A stretch of DNA of 54,968 bases from Pseudonocardia sp. GTDB taxonomy: Bacteria > Actinomycetota > Actinomycetes > Mycobacteriales > Pseudonocardiaceae. Positions 29,338 through 38,722 of the stretch are shown here, one piece after another (within the stretch, counting starts at the first letter, position 1; each line of letters starts with the position of its first letter). A program made the translations under genes and the position numbers. Under the pieces are notes generated by a model, which searched no databases, was not told where the DNA came from, and saw only the letters and a list, made by a program, of their open reading frames with translations. The stretch lies in the NCBI GenBank assembly GCA_036009565.1, contig DASYLM010000348.1, positions 1 through 54,968 on the forward strand, in the 5' to 3' direction.

Positions 29338-30282
29338 TTATATCGGCGTGTCGAACGACGAGCGGCTCACCCGGAAAGCTGAGCGGAGCGCATCCCGCCA
29401 GTCGGACGGGGGCCGCATACCGGCCGTCGTCCATGATCGACCGGACAACACCGAGTAGGCCGGCCGGCGGGCGGGCCTGGGGAACTGCGCCGAGTCGCAC
29501 GGGTGTATCCGGTCCGGGTCCGCGCCGACCTCCTCGTACACCGCCCTGGCCAGGTCGTACCAGCTCGCCTCGCCCGCGCCGGCGAAGTGGTAGGTGCCGT
29601 GCGGCGCGCCCGACCGGGCCAGCTCGATCAGCCCACCGGCCAGCTCCGCCGCCCAGGTCGGGCAGCCGCGCTGGTCGGCCACCACGTCCAGGGTGTCCCG
29701 GCGGTGCCGCAGCGCCGCGATGGTCTTGACGAAGTTGTGCCCCACCGCGCCGTAGAGCCATGCGGTGCGCACGATGTAGTGCTCCTCCAGCGCGGCGCGC
29801 ACCTCACGCTCGCCGGCCGCCTTGGTCGCCCCGTACACGGTGGCCGGCCCAATGGGGTCGTCCACCTCGTAGGGCCGCGCCGTGGCCGGATCGCCCAGCG
29901 GCAGCGCGCCCGGGAACACGTAGTCGGTGGACACGTGCACGAGCGTGGCGCCCAGTTCGGCGCAGCCGGCGGCCAGTCGCGCCGGGCCGTGGGTGTTCGC
30001 CGCCGACGCACCGGCCGGGTCGGACTCGGCGCCGTCCACGTCGGTCCAGGCCGCCGCGTTGAGAACCACCAGCCGCCGCCCGTCCGCGCCGTCCGCCCAG
30101 CCGCGCAGCGCGTCCACCACCCCCGGGCCGGCGACGTCCAGCTCGGCGCGCCCGGCGGCGGTCACGTCGACGTCGGCCGACTCCGAGCGCAGCGCCGCGA
30201 CCAGCTCACTGCCCAGCTGACCGCGGGCCCCGGTCACCAACCAGCGCACCTCGCCCCCCGGCGCGGTCATGGGCACGGTCAT
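29338..30282 (-). CDS. rfbD: dTDP-4-dehydrorhamnose reductase
   Basis: TGARGQLG, NAAAWTDVD, HVSTDYVF, YGATK, VVADQRGCPT. Confidence 0.95.
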   Translation of the reverse strand: MTVPMTAPGGEVRWLVTGARGQLGSELVAALRSESADVDVTAAGRAELDVAGPGVVDALRGWADGADGRRLVVLNAAAWTDVDGAESDPAGASAANTHGPARLAAGCAELGATLVHVSTDYVFPGALPLGDPATARPYEVDDPIGPATVYGATKAAGEREVRAALEEHYIVRTAWLYGAVGHNFVKTIAALRHRRDTLDVVADQRGCPTWAAELAGGLIELARSGAPHGTYHFAGAGEASWYDLARAVYEEVGADPDRIHPCDSAQFPRPARRPAYSVLSGRSWTTAGMRPPSDWRDALRSAFRVSRSSFDTPI

Positions 30283-31268
30283 CGGGCCAGCGCGGCACGC
30301 GCCTTGAGCGGCTCCCACCAGTCCCGGTTCTCGCGGTACCAGTCCACCGTCCTGGCCAGCCCCTCGGCGAACGACACGCCCGGCCGGTAGCCCAGTTCCT
30401 CGGCGATCTTCGTGTGGTCCACCGAGTAGCGGCGGTCATGGCCCTTGCGGTCCGTCACCGGCTCGACCATCGACCAGTCGCACCCGGTCGCCGCCAGCAG
30501 CTGGCCGGTGAGCTCCCGGTTGGACAGCTCGGTGCCACCGCCGATGTTGTAGATCTCGCCCGGCCGGCCGCCCTGGGCCACCAGCGCGATGCCCTGGCAG
30601 TGGTCGTCGACGTGCAGCCAGTCCCGCACGTTCAGCCCGTCGCCGTAGAGCGGCACCTTGTGCCCGTCCATCAGGTTGGTCAGGAACAGCGGGATGACCT
30701 TCTCCGGGAACTGGAAGGGTCCGTAGTTGTTCGAGCACCGGGTGATGCACACCGGCAGCCCGTGGGTGCGGTGGTAGGCGCGGGCCATCAGGTCCGAGCC
30801 GGCCTTGGACGCCGAGTACGGCGAGTTGGGCTCCAGGACGTGGTCCTCGGTCCAGGACCCCTCGGGGATGGAGCCGTACACCTCGTCGGTGGAGACGTGC
30901 ACGAACTTGCCGACACCCTGCTCCAGTGCGGCCTGCAGCAACAGCTGGGTACCGCCCACGTTGGTCGACACGAAGTCCGCCGCGCCGGTGATGGACCGGT
31001 CCACGTGGGACTCGGCGGCGAAGTGCACGACGGTGTCCACGCCGACCATCAGCTCGCCGACCAGTGCGGCGTCCCGGATGTCCCCGTGCACGAAACGCAG
31101 CCTCGGCGAGTCGGCGACCTCGGCCAGGTTCGACTCGGAACCGGCGTAGGTGAGCAGGTCCAACACTACGATCTCGGCGTCCGCGTAGTCTGGATACGCT
31201 CCATACAGAGTCCTACGGACATAATGCGAGCCAATAAAACCGGCTCCACCGGTGACCAAGATACGCAT
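30279..31268 (-). CDS. rfbB: dTDP-glucose 4,6-dehydratase
   Basis: TGGAGFIG, HFAAESHVDRS, HVSTDEVYG, YSASK, RCSNNYGP. Confidence 0.96.
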   Translation of the reverse strand: MRILVTGGAGFIGSHYVRRTLYGAYPDYADAEIVVLDLLTYAGSESNLAEVADSPRLRFVHGDIRDAALVGELMVGVDTVVHFAAESHVDRSITGAADFVSTNVGGTQLLLQAALEQGVGKFVHVSTDEVYGSIPEGSWTEDHVLEPNSPYSASKAGSDLMARAYHRTHGLPVCITRCSNNYGPFQFPEKVIPLFLTNLMDGHKVPLYGDGLNVRDWLHVDDHCQGIALVAQGGRPGEIYNIGGGTELSNRELTGQLLAATGCDWSMVEPVTDRKGHDRRYSVDHTKIAEELGYRPGVSFAEGLARTVDWYRENRDWWEPLKARAALAR

Positions 31269-31324
31269 GCCCGGAGTCTGACACGAGGATGTCCGGCGCA
31301 AAATCCTAAGCATTGAGGAGTTAG

Positions 31325-32809
31325 GTGGAACAGCGGCCAGCCCGGCCCGACCAGTCAGGCCGACGGATCGGCCTGCGGTTACTGGCCGCGACCGTGTCTG
31401 CCGTGGTTCTGGCGGCCTCCGGCATCGGCTGGCACCTGTACCAGGATCTGACCGGGGGGATCAGCACCAGCGACGTGATCCTCGGCGGCACCCCGAAGCC
31501 GGCCGGCACCGACCTCAACATCCTGCTCGTCGGGGTCGACAGCCGCACCGACGCCAAGGGCCGCCCGCTGTCCAAGCAGCTGCTGGCGGCGCTGCGCAGC
31601 GGAGCCGAGGAGGGCGTGCTCAACTCCGACACGATCATCCTGCTGCACGTGCCGGCCGACGGCAGCCGCGCGACCGGGATCTCCATCCCCCGCGACAGCT
31701 ACGTGGACATCCCCGGGTACGACAAGAACAAGATCAACTCGGCGTACCCGGCGGCCACCCTGGAAGCCGCCGGCAAGCTGCGGAACAGCGGCGAGGACGA
31801 GGCCGCCGTGGACCGGGAGAGCAAGACCGCCGGCCGGACCGAGCTGATCAAGACGGTGGAGCAGCTCACCGACGTGAAGATCGACCACTACGCCGAGGTC
31901 AACCTGCTCGGCTTCTTCAACCTGACCAACGCGATCGGCGGCGTCCAGGTCTGCCTGAAGAACCCGGTCAAGGAGTTCCGGTCCGGGGCCGACTTCCCGG
32001 CCGGCCCGCAGACCATCACCGGCGGCGCGGCGCTGGCCTTCGTCCGCCAGCGCTACGGGCTGCCGCAGTCCGACTTCAGCCGGATCCGCCGCCAGCAGGT
32101 GTTCCTCGCCGCGGTGGCGCACAAGATCCTGTCCGCCGGCACCCTGACCAACCCGGTCAAGCTGCAGGGGCTGATCAACGTCGCCAAGGAGTCGGTGGTG
32201 CTCGACTCCGGCTGGGACGTGCTCAGCTTCGCCCGGCAGGCGTCGAACCTGGCCGGCGGGAACATCCAGTTCATGACCATCCCGACCACCGGGCAGACCA
32301 GCAACGAACACGGCGACGTGGTGACCGTCGACCCGGACCAGGTGCGGGAGTTCGTCCGCCAGCAGATCGGCGGGTCGGACGGTTCCAGCACCGACGTGAG
32401 CAGCGCGGCGACGGCCGACAAGGTGCCGCCCAGCCAGGTCACCGTCGACGTGCGCAACGGCACCGGCAAGGCCGGACTGGCCAGCCGGGTGGCCAGCGCG
32501 CTGAGCAAGCGCGGCTACCTGGAAGGGCAGGTGGGCAACATCGACGCGCCCACCGCGTCCAGCGTGCACTACCCGCCGGGGCACCAGGACGCCGGCGACC
32601 AGGTGGCCACCCTGCTCGGCGGCATCCGTACCGAGTCCGACGATGCGGTGCCGAGCGGCACGGTGCGGGTGTACCTCGCCTCGGACTTCTCGCTGTCGGA
32701 CATCCGCTCGGACACCGACTCCAGCGCCAGCACGTCGGAGAGCCCGAGCGCACCGCCGCCACCGATCGGACCGCCGATCACCGCGGAAGGGCTGCCCTGT
32801 GTGGACTGA
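31325..32809 (+). CDS. LCP family cell-wall glycopolymer transferase with LytR_C domain
   Basis: NILLVGVDSR, SDTIILL, SIPRDSYV, FVRQR, SDFSRIRRQQ, VDVRNGTGKAGLA. Confidence 0.92.
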   Translation: MEQRPARPDQSGRRIGLRLLAATVSAVVLAASGIGWHLYQDLTGGISTSDVILGGTPKPAGTDLNILLVGVDSRTDAKGRPLSKQLLAALRSGAEEGVLNSDTIILLHVPADGSRATGISIPRDSYVDIPGYDKNKINSAYPAATLEAAGKLRNSGEDEAAVDRESKTAGRTELIKTVEQLTDVKIDHYAEVNLLGFFNLTNAIGGVQVCLKNPVKEFRSGADFPAGPQTITGGAALAFVRQRYGLPQSDFSRIRRQQVFLAAVAHKILSAGTLTNPVKLQGLINVAKESVVLDSGWDVLSFARQASNLAGGNIQFMTIPTTGQTSNEHGDVVTVDPDQVREFVRQQIGGSDGSSTDVSSAATADKVPPSQVTVDVRNGTGKAGLASRVASALSKRGYLEGQVGNIDAPTASSVHYPPGHQDAGDQVATLLGGIRTESDDAVPSGTVRVYLASDFSLSDIRSDTDSSASTSESPSAPPPPIGPPITAEGLPCVD

Positions 32810-32868
32810 CCGGCGGTCGTTCGTCAGCGCTAGCCCCCGACCGCCCTGGTCCTGACCGTGAGGATGCG

Positions 32869-33591
32869 TTGACGCTCACCGAGAACCTGCTCGGCCCGCT
32901 GCTGGCCAGCGACCCGGCCCGCCCGCTGATCACCTACTACGACGACGCGACCGGCGAGCGGATCGAGCTGTCCGGGACCACGCTGGCGAACTGGGCGGCC
33001 AAGACGGCCAACCTGATGCGCGACGAGTGCGACATCGAGCCGGGTTCCCGGGTGGCTGTGCTGCTGCCGGCACACTGGCAGACCCTGGTGGTGCTGCTCG
33101 GCGCCTGGTGGTGTGGCGCCGAGGTGGTCGCGGACCCGGCGGGGGCGGACCTGGTGTGCTGCGACGCCGACCGGCTCGATGTCGCGACGGGCGCCGGCGC
33201 GGGGGTGGTGACCGCGCTGTCGCTGAACGCGTTCGGCGTCGGACTGTCCGACCTGCCGGCCGGGGTGCTCGACTACGCCACCGAGGTACGGGTGCACGGC
33301 GACGTGTTCACCCCCGAAGCCGGCGGTACGGACGCGGCCTCCGCGCTGGACGGCCGGAGCGTGCTCGAGGTGCTCACCGAGGCCAGGGCAGCCGCGGCCG
33401 GCACCGGCCTCACCGCGGTGGACCGGGTGCTCACGAGCTACGACTGGTCGGTGACCGACGGACTGGTCCGGGTCCCCCTTGCGGTGCTGGCCGCCGGCGG
33501 TTCGCTGGTGCAGTGCCGCAATGCCCCCACCGACCCCGCAGCGCTGGACCGCCGCGCCGCCGGCGAGCGCGTCACCCGCCGCCTGGACTGA
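32869..33591 (+). CDS. TIGR03089 family protein
   Basis: PLITYYDDATGERIELSGTTLANWAAKTAN; follows LCP as Rv3268 does. Confidence 0.88.
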   Translation: MTLTENLLGPLLASDPARPLITYYDDATGERIELSGTTLANWAAKTANLMRDECDIEPGSRVAVLLPAHWQTLVVLLGAWWCGAEVVADPAGADLVCCDADRLDVATGAGAGVVTALSLNAFGVGLSDLPAGVLDYATEVRVHGDVFTPEAGGTDAASALDGRSVLEVLTEARAAAAGTGLTAVDRVLTSYDWSVTDGLVRVPLAVLAAGGSLVQCRNAPTDPAALDRRAAGERVTRRLD

Positions 33592-33604
33592 GCGCGGTCA
33601 GGTC

Positions 33605-33680
33605 CGGCTCACACAGACCGGCTCCAGCTCGCACAGACCGTGCACCGTCTGTGCGGTGGGCGCCAGGTCTGTGCGAGCCG
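33605..33680. repeat. Four-box palindromic element, copy B
   Basis: CACAGAC 33612, 33632; GTCTGTG 33647, 33667; flanks CGGCTC/GAGCCG also pair. Confidence 0.85.
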
Positions 33681-33732
33681 GGGCCCCGCGGTGACCAGTG
33701 CCCATGCCGGCGTCCGCCCTTGTACTAACTTG

Positions 33733-33766
33733 ATAACGGCGTTACCATCGTTCAAAACGTCGTTAC
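33733..33766. promoter_or_regulatory. Tandem palindromic operator-like sites AACG-N-CGTT(AC) upstream of carotenoid oxygenase
   Basis: ATAACGGCGTTAC (33733) and AAAACGTCGTTAC (33754), 21 bp apart in an AT-rich patch. Confidence 0.6.
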
Positions 33767-33792
33767 GAATAGGTCGCCACCAGGAGCCCGCC

Positions 33793-35250
33793 ATGGCAAA
33801 CCCGTACCTCACAGGCAACTTCGCCCCGGTGCGCGAGGAGCTCACCGTCACCGATCTGACGGTCACCGGCCACATCCCCGAGCACCTGGACGGCCGGTAC
33901 CTGCGCAACGGCCCGAACCCGATCTCCGAGGTCGACCCGGCGGCCTACCACTGGTTCCTCGGCGACGGCATGGTGCACGGCGTCCGGCTGCGGGACGGCC
34001 GCGCGCAGTGGTACCGCAACCGGTGGGTGCGCTCCCCGGAGGCGGCGGCCATCCTCGGCGAGCCGGTACCGGGCAGCGGGGGCAGCGCCCCGATCGCCGG
34101 TCTCGGCGCCAACACCAACGTCATCCAGCACGCCGGCCGCACGTTCGCCCTGGTCGAGGGCGGCGCGGCCAACTTCGAGCTGACCGACGAGCTGGACACC
34201 GTCGGCCCGTGCAACTTCGACGGCACGCTGCCCGGTGGGTACACCGCGCACCCCAAGCGCGACCCGCTGACCGGTGAGCTGCACGCGGTGTCGTACTTCT
34301 TCGGCTGGGGCAACCGCGTGCAGTACTCGGTGATCGGTACCGATGGCCGGGCCCGGCGGACGGTGGATGTCAAGGTCACCGGCAGCCCGATGATGCACGA
34401 CTTCTCGCTGACCGAGAAGTACGTGATCTTCTACGACCTGCCGGTCACCTTCGACGCCGAGCAGAGCGTCGCCGGCACCCCGATGCCGGGGCCGCTGCGC
34501 ACTCCGGCGCGCATGGTGATGTCCGCGCTGATCGGCAGAGTCAGGGTGCCTGACCCGATCAGCGCCATGTTGGGCAGGCAGGTGCCGAACAACGGCCGGA
34601 TGCCCTACCGGTGGAACCCGCGCTACCCCGCTCGGGTCGGCGTGATGCCGAGGGAGGGCGGCAACACGGACGTGCGGTGGTTCGACATCGAGCCGTGCTA
34701 CGTGTTCCACCCGCTCAACGCCTACGACGAGGGTGACACCGTCGTACTCGACGTGGTCCGGCACCCGAAGATGTTCGCCACCGACTTCAACGGTCCGAAC
34801 GAGGGCCAGCCCACGCTCGACCGCTGGACCGTCGACCTCGCCGACAACAAGGTCCGGGAGTCCCGCCTGGACGACCACCCGCAGGAGTTCCCCCGGGTCG
34901 ACGAGCGGTTGGTCGGCCGACGGCACCGGTACGGCTACGCCCTGCAGACCATGCCCGGCACCGGCGCGAGCGCGGGCGACGCACTGCTGCGGCACGACCT
35001 GGTGGCCGGGCACACCACGGCGGTCAACCTCGGCGCCGGCCGGCGCGGCAGCGAGTTCGTGTTCGTCCCCACCACCGCCGACGCGGCCGAGGACGACGGC
35101 GTGCTGATGGGCTTCGTCTACGACACCGCCACCGACCGCAGCGACCTGCGGATCATCGACGCCCGGACCCTGGAGACGGTCGGCGCCGTGCACCTGCCGG
35201 CCCGGGTCCCGAACGGCTTCCACGGCAACTGGGCCCCCACCGAGGGCTGA
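33793..35250 (+). CDS. Carotenoid oxygenase family protein (RPE65/CCD)
   Basis: NPYLTGNFAP, YLRNGPNP, GDGMVHG, TAHPK, MMHDF, VFHPLNAY, EFPRVDER, EDDG, GFHGNW; AGGAG SD. Confidence 0.93.
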   Translation: MANPYLTGNFAPVREELTVTDLTVTGHIPEHLDGRYLRNGPNPISEVDPAAYHWFLGDGMVHGVRLRDGRAQWYRNRWVRSPEAAAILGEPVPGSGGSAPIAGLGANTNVIQHAGRTFALVEGGAANFELTDELDTVGPCNFDGTLPGGYTAHPKRDPLTGELHAVSYFFGWGNRVQYSVIGTDGRARRTVDVKVTGSPMMHDFSLTEKYVIFYDLPVTFDAEQSVAGTPMPGPLRTPARMVMSALIGRVRVPDPISAMLGRQVPNNGRMPYRWNPRYPARVGVMPREGGNTDVRWFDIEPCYVFHPLNAYDEGDTVVLDVVRHPKMFATDFNGPNEGQPTLDRWTVDLADNKVRESRLDDHPQEFPRVDERLVGRRHRYGYALQTMPGTGASAGDALLRHDLVAGHTTAVNLGAGRRGSEFVFVPTTADAAEDDGVLMGFVYDTATDRSDLRIIDARTLETVGAVHLPARVPNGFHGNWAPTEG

Positions 35251-35267
35251 GCGCAGCGCCCGGGCGA

Positions 35268-35336
35268 CTCACACAGCTCTGGCGGCTCGACACAGCGGCC
35301 CGGGCCGCTGTGCCGGCGCCAACCAGTCTGTGTGAG
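35268..35336. repeat. Four-box palindromic element, copy C (degenerate)
   Basis: CACAG 35272, 35291; CGCTGTG 35306, GTCTGTG 35326 (offsets 0/19/34/54). Confidence 0.75.
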
Positions 35337-35367
35337 CGGTACCCCGGGCACCCCCCCGGGCTGGCCG

Positions 35368-36540
35368 TCAGTACGCGGCGGGTGCCGACGGCTCGCGCAG
35401 TCGGCGGGCCAGCAGGCAGGCCAGCGCGGGGAGCAGGATCAGCGACGCCAGCGTGATCCGCAGCGAGGTGGCCTGCGCGAGCATGCCCAGTACCGGGGCG
35501 AACACCCCGCCGGCGCTGACCGCCAGCCCGAGCGTCACGCCGCTCGCGGTGCCGATCCGACTGGGCAGGTAGTCCTGGCCGAGCGTGATGTGCAGCGAGA
35601 ACGGCATGTACAGGGTCAGTGCGGCGGCGGCCACGAACACCAGCACCACGGGCCCCGGCACCAGCACCACGCCGGTCAGCGCGACGGCTGCGGCCGCGTA
35701 CGCCGCGCGCAGCACCGGCAGCCGTCCCCACCTCGCGGCCAGCCGGCCACCCAGCACGGTGCCGACCGCGCCGCCGGCGAACAGCGCGAACAACGCCACC
35801 GCGCTCGCCGCGGGGCTGTGGTGCACCCGCTGCTGCACGAACAGCCCGAGGAACGTGCTCAACCCGACGAAGGCCACGGAACGCAGCACGATCACCGAGG
35901 TCAACACCCGGAACGCCGGCCAGTCGTCCACCCCGGCCCGCCCGACCGAGGCCTTCCGGGGCGCCGAAGCCCGACCCAGCAGTGGCACGCTGACCGCGAT
36001 GCCGAGCAGTGCGGGCACGATCAGCACCGGTGCGCCCGACAGCCCCCAGACGGCCAGCACCGGGGTGGCGATCACCGGCGCGAGCGCGAACCCGACGTTG
36101 CCGCCCAGGGAGAACCAGCTCATCCGCACCGGCTCGCCGCCGGTGACCGAGCGGGCCAGCCGGGCCCCCTCCGGGTGGTACGCCGCGACCCCGACACCGG
36201 ACAGCGCGATCGCCACCAGGGACAACCAGTAGGTCCCGCTGACCCCGAGAAGAGCGACCCCGAGGCCGGTGACGAGCATGCTCACCGGAATCAGCCAGCG
36301 CATCGCCCACCGGTCGGTGAGCAGCCCGAACAGCGGTTGGACCACCGACGAGAGCACGGTCGCCGCGAGCACGAAGCCGGACACCGCGACGTAGTCGTAG
36401 TGCCGCTCGGCGATCAGGAACGGCACCAGTACCGGGACGATCCCCTGGTAGACGTCCACACTGCCGTGCCCGATCGCCAACAGCACGGTCGGACCCGGGT
36501 CACCGCGGGTGGGCGTGGGAGCATGCGCGGTCTCGGTCAC
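35368..36540 (-). CDS. MFS transporter (Fsr-like)
   Basis: SSVVQPLFGLLTDR, AAYHPEGA, FSLGGNVGFALAP; ~12 TM. Confidence 0.9.
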   Translation of the reverse strand: MTETAHAPTPTRGDPGPTVLLAIGHGSVDVYQGIVPVLVPFLIAERHYDYVAVSGFVLAATVLSSVVQPLFGLLTDRWAMRWLIPVSMLVTGLGVALLGVSGTYWLSLVAIALSGVGVAAYHPEGARLARSVTGGEPVRMSWFSLGGNVGFALAPVIATPVLAVWGLSGAPVLIVPALLGIAVSVPLLGRASAPRKASVGRAGVDDWPAFRVLTSVIVLRSVAFVGLSTFLGLFVQQRVHHSPAASAVALFALFAGGAVGTVLGGRLAARWGRLPVLRAAYAAAAVALTGVVLVPGPVVLVFVAAAALTLYMPFSLHITLGQDYLPSRIGTASGVTLGLAVSAGGVFAPVLGMLAQATSLRITLASLILLPALACLLARRLREPSAPAAY

Positions 36541-36594
36541 CCTGAGAGCTTCGGTCACCGCCGATACGTCGGGCTTCCGATAATGTGTCAGTTT

Positions 36595-37335
36595 ATGCCG
36601 GGAATCCGCCATGCGCCGGTGGGCCGGACCATGGTGCAGCGCCTCGCCGCCGGGTCGGCGATCGACGCGCACCGCCACGACAACCACCAGATCGTGTACG
36701 CCGGCCGCGGTGTGCTCTCGGTGACCACCGACCGGGGCCGCTGGGTCGCCCCGGCCACCCGCGCGATCTGGGTGCCGGCGGGCACGACCCATGAACACCG
36801 CGCGTACGGCGAGACCGATCTGCACACCGTCGGGCTGCCACCCGGCGAGAACCCGCTGGGGCTGGCGGAGCCGACCGTGCTGGCGGTCGGCCCGCTCCTC
36901 CGCCAGCTGATCATCAGCTACACCCGGGACCCGACCGACCTCGGCGCCGAGCGGGACCGGCTGCGCGCGGTGCTGCTCGATCAGCTCCGGCGCTCGCCGC
37001 TAGAGCCGATCCAGCTGCCCAGCCCGCGCGATGCGCGGCTGGCCGCGGTCTGCCAGTTGCTGCACGACAACCCCGCCGACGGCCGCCCGCTCGCCAGGCT
37101 GGGCGCGGGGGTCGGCGCCAGCGAGCGCACCCTGTCCCGGCTGTTCCGCACCGAGCTGCACATGACGTTCCCGCAGTGGCGCACCCAGCTTCGGCTGCAC
37201 CAGGCGCTGATCCTGCTGGCCGAGGGGGTGCCGGTCACCGCGGTGGCGCACCGCTGCGGATGGTCCTCGGCGAGCGCGTTCATCGATGTGTTCCGCCGGG
37301 CCTTCGGCCACACACCCGGCCGCACCCCCAACTGA
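36595..37335 (+). CDS. AraC family regulator with cupin sensor (NimR-like)
   Basis: HRHDNHQIVY, AIWVPAG..H, SERTLSRLF, WRTQLRL, CGWSSASAFIDVFRR; divergent from MFS. Confidence 0.92.
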   Translation: MPGIRHAPVGRTMVQRLAAGSAIDAHRHDNHQIVYAGRGVLSVTTDRGRWVAPATRAIWVPAGTTHEHRAYGETDLHTVGLPPGENPLGLAEPTVLAVGPLLRQLIISYTRDPTDLGAERDRLRAVLLDQLRRSPLEPIQLPSPRDARLAAVCQLLHDNPADGRPLARLGAGVGASERTLSRLFRTELHMTFPQWRTQLRLHQALILLAEGVPVTAVAHRCGWSSASAFIDVFRRAFGHTPGRTPN

Positions 37336-37354
37336 CCCCCGCCAGCCAAGGCGG

Positions 37355-37421
37355 TCGCACAGTGCGGGCACCGCCGGCGCAGACCCCCCAGGGTCTGTGC
37401 CGGTCACGAAAGGGCTGTGCG
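37355..37421. repeat. Four-box palindromic element, copy D
   Basis: CACAG 37358, CGCAGAC 37378, GTCTGTG 37393, GGCTGTG 37413 (offsets 0/20/35/55). Confidence 0.78.
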
Positions 37422-37612
37422 GCGTGCGGGCCGCCGCGATCGAGCTGACCCAACGCGTCAACGCGGTCAGCCCCACCGTGTTCACCGAGTCGGTCGCCGC
37501 GTACGGCGACCTGTTCGCCGGTATCGAGCCGGTCCCGGTGCGCCGCGCGGCGAACGCGTACGTGCGTTCCATCGAGGGCCACCAGACCGGTCAGGTCTAC
37601 GTCCTCGAATAG
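37421..37612 (+). pseudogene. C-terminal remnant of a short-chain dehydrogenase
   Basis: VRAAAIEL..RVNAVSPTVFTES..YGDLFAGIEPVPVRRAANAYVRSIEGHQTGQVY*; no Rossmann N-terminus or YxxxK region; begins at the edge of element D. Confidence 0.7.
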
Positions 37613-37669
37613 GACTGATCACCCGCCGGACGGCGGCGGTCCCGAAAACCTGGCCGTTAGGGTGCGCGG

Positions 37670-38653
37670 ATGCGGAACGTGCTGGGCGACGCGCGGGACA
37701 CCGCCGGTCACGCCCTGGGCCGCACGCGGGACACGGCCGGTCACGCCCTGGACCTCGCCCGGTACGCGGCCAGCAGGAGCCGGCGGGACCGCGACGACGC
37801 CGACGCGACGCGGGAGCTCACCGCCCGCACGCTCGAACTGCCGGCCGATCTGGAGATCGAGTGGCTCGGCACCGCCGGCTACCGGCTCAGCTACCAGGAC
37901 CACACGCTGCTGATCGATCCGTTCGTCAGCCGGGTGCCGGCCGGGGCCGTACTGCGCGGGCGCACGGCGCTGCCCGATCCGGAACTGGTGCGCCGCTACA
38001 TCCGGCCGGTCGGCACGGTGGTCGGGGTGCTCGTCGGGCACACCCACTGGGACCACGCGCTCGATACCCCGGAGATCGCCCGGCGGTACGGCTGCCCGGC
38101 GCTGGGTTCGACGTCCCTGGCCCGGCTGATGCAGCTGCACGGTCTCGGCGGGCAGGCCGTCGACGTCGAGCACTACCGGCGCTACGAGCTCGGCCCGTTC
38201 ACCGTGAGCTTCGTACCGAGCGCGCACTCCAAGCTGCTCCTCGGGCTCAAGGCCCCGTTCACCGGCAACATCAGCTGCGAGGCGCTGGCCGCGCTCAACC
38301 CGGCGGCCTACCGCTGCGGGCAGACCTGGGGCATCCACATCGTGGTGGCCGGTATCCAGCTCTACCACCAGGGCAGCGCCGACCTGGTCGACGACGCGGT
38401 CCGCCACCACGACGTCGACATCTTCCTGGCCGGCATCGCGGGGCGCTCGTTCAGCAAGGACTACTGGCGGCGCATCCTCACCAGGCTCCGGCCCGACGTT
38501 GTGATCCCGATGCACTACGACGACTTCACCCGGCCGCTGGACGCCCCGATGGGCTTCACCGTCGACGTCAAAGTGGCCGAGGTGGACGATGAGATCCGGG
38601 CGGTCAGCCGCGATGTGCAGGTCGCCGCGCTGCCGTTGCTGGGTTCGCGCTGA
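37670..38653 (+). CDS. MBL-fold metallo-hydrolase
   Basis: WLGTAG, LLIDPF, GHTHWDHALD, IPMHYDDF. Confidence 0.9.
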   Translation: MRNVLGDARDTAGHALGRTRDTAGHALDLARYAASRSRRDRDDADATRELTARTLELPADLEIEWLGTAGYRLSYQDHTLLIDPFVSRVPAGAVLRGRTALPDPELVRRYIRPVGTVVGVLVGHTHWDHALDTPEIARRYGCPALGSTSLARLMQLHGLGGQAVDVEHYRRYELGPFTVSFVPSAHSKLLLGLKAPFTGNISCEALAALNPAAYRCGQTWGIHIVVAGIQLYHQGSADLVDDAVRHHDVDIFLAGIAGRSFSKDYWRRILTRLRPDVVIPMHYDDFTRPLDAPMGFTVDVKVAEVDDEIRAVSRDVQVAALPLLGSR

Positions 38654-38722
38654 GTCGGGCTGCCGTTGCCGGGTTCCCGGTGAGCCGGGCCGCCGCCGCT
38701 GGGCCTCCGGTTGGTGGGCGGG

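Noticed and set aside
35332-36594. Apparent 667-aa AraC fusion, also the 792-aa GS (7109..9487) and 602-aa hydrolase (1748..3556)
   Set aside because: The N-terminal extensions overlap other real genes; true starts are internal
33605-37421. Classical integron cassette array
   Set aside because: Elements lack RYYYAAC/GTTRRRY ends, the C-D interval holds two divergent genes, and no intI is present; kept only as an architectural analogy
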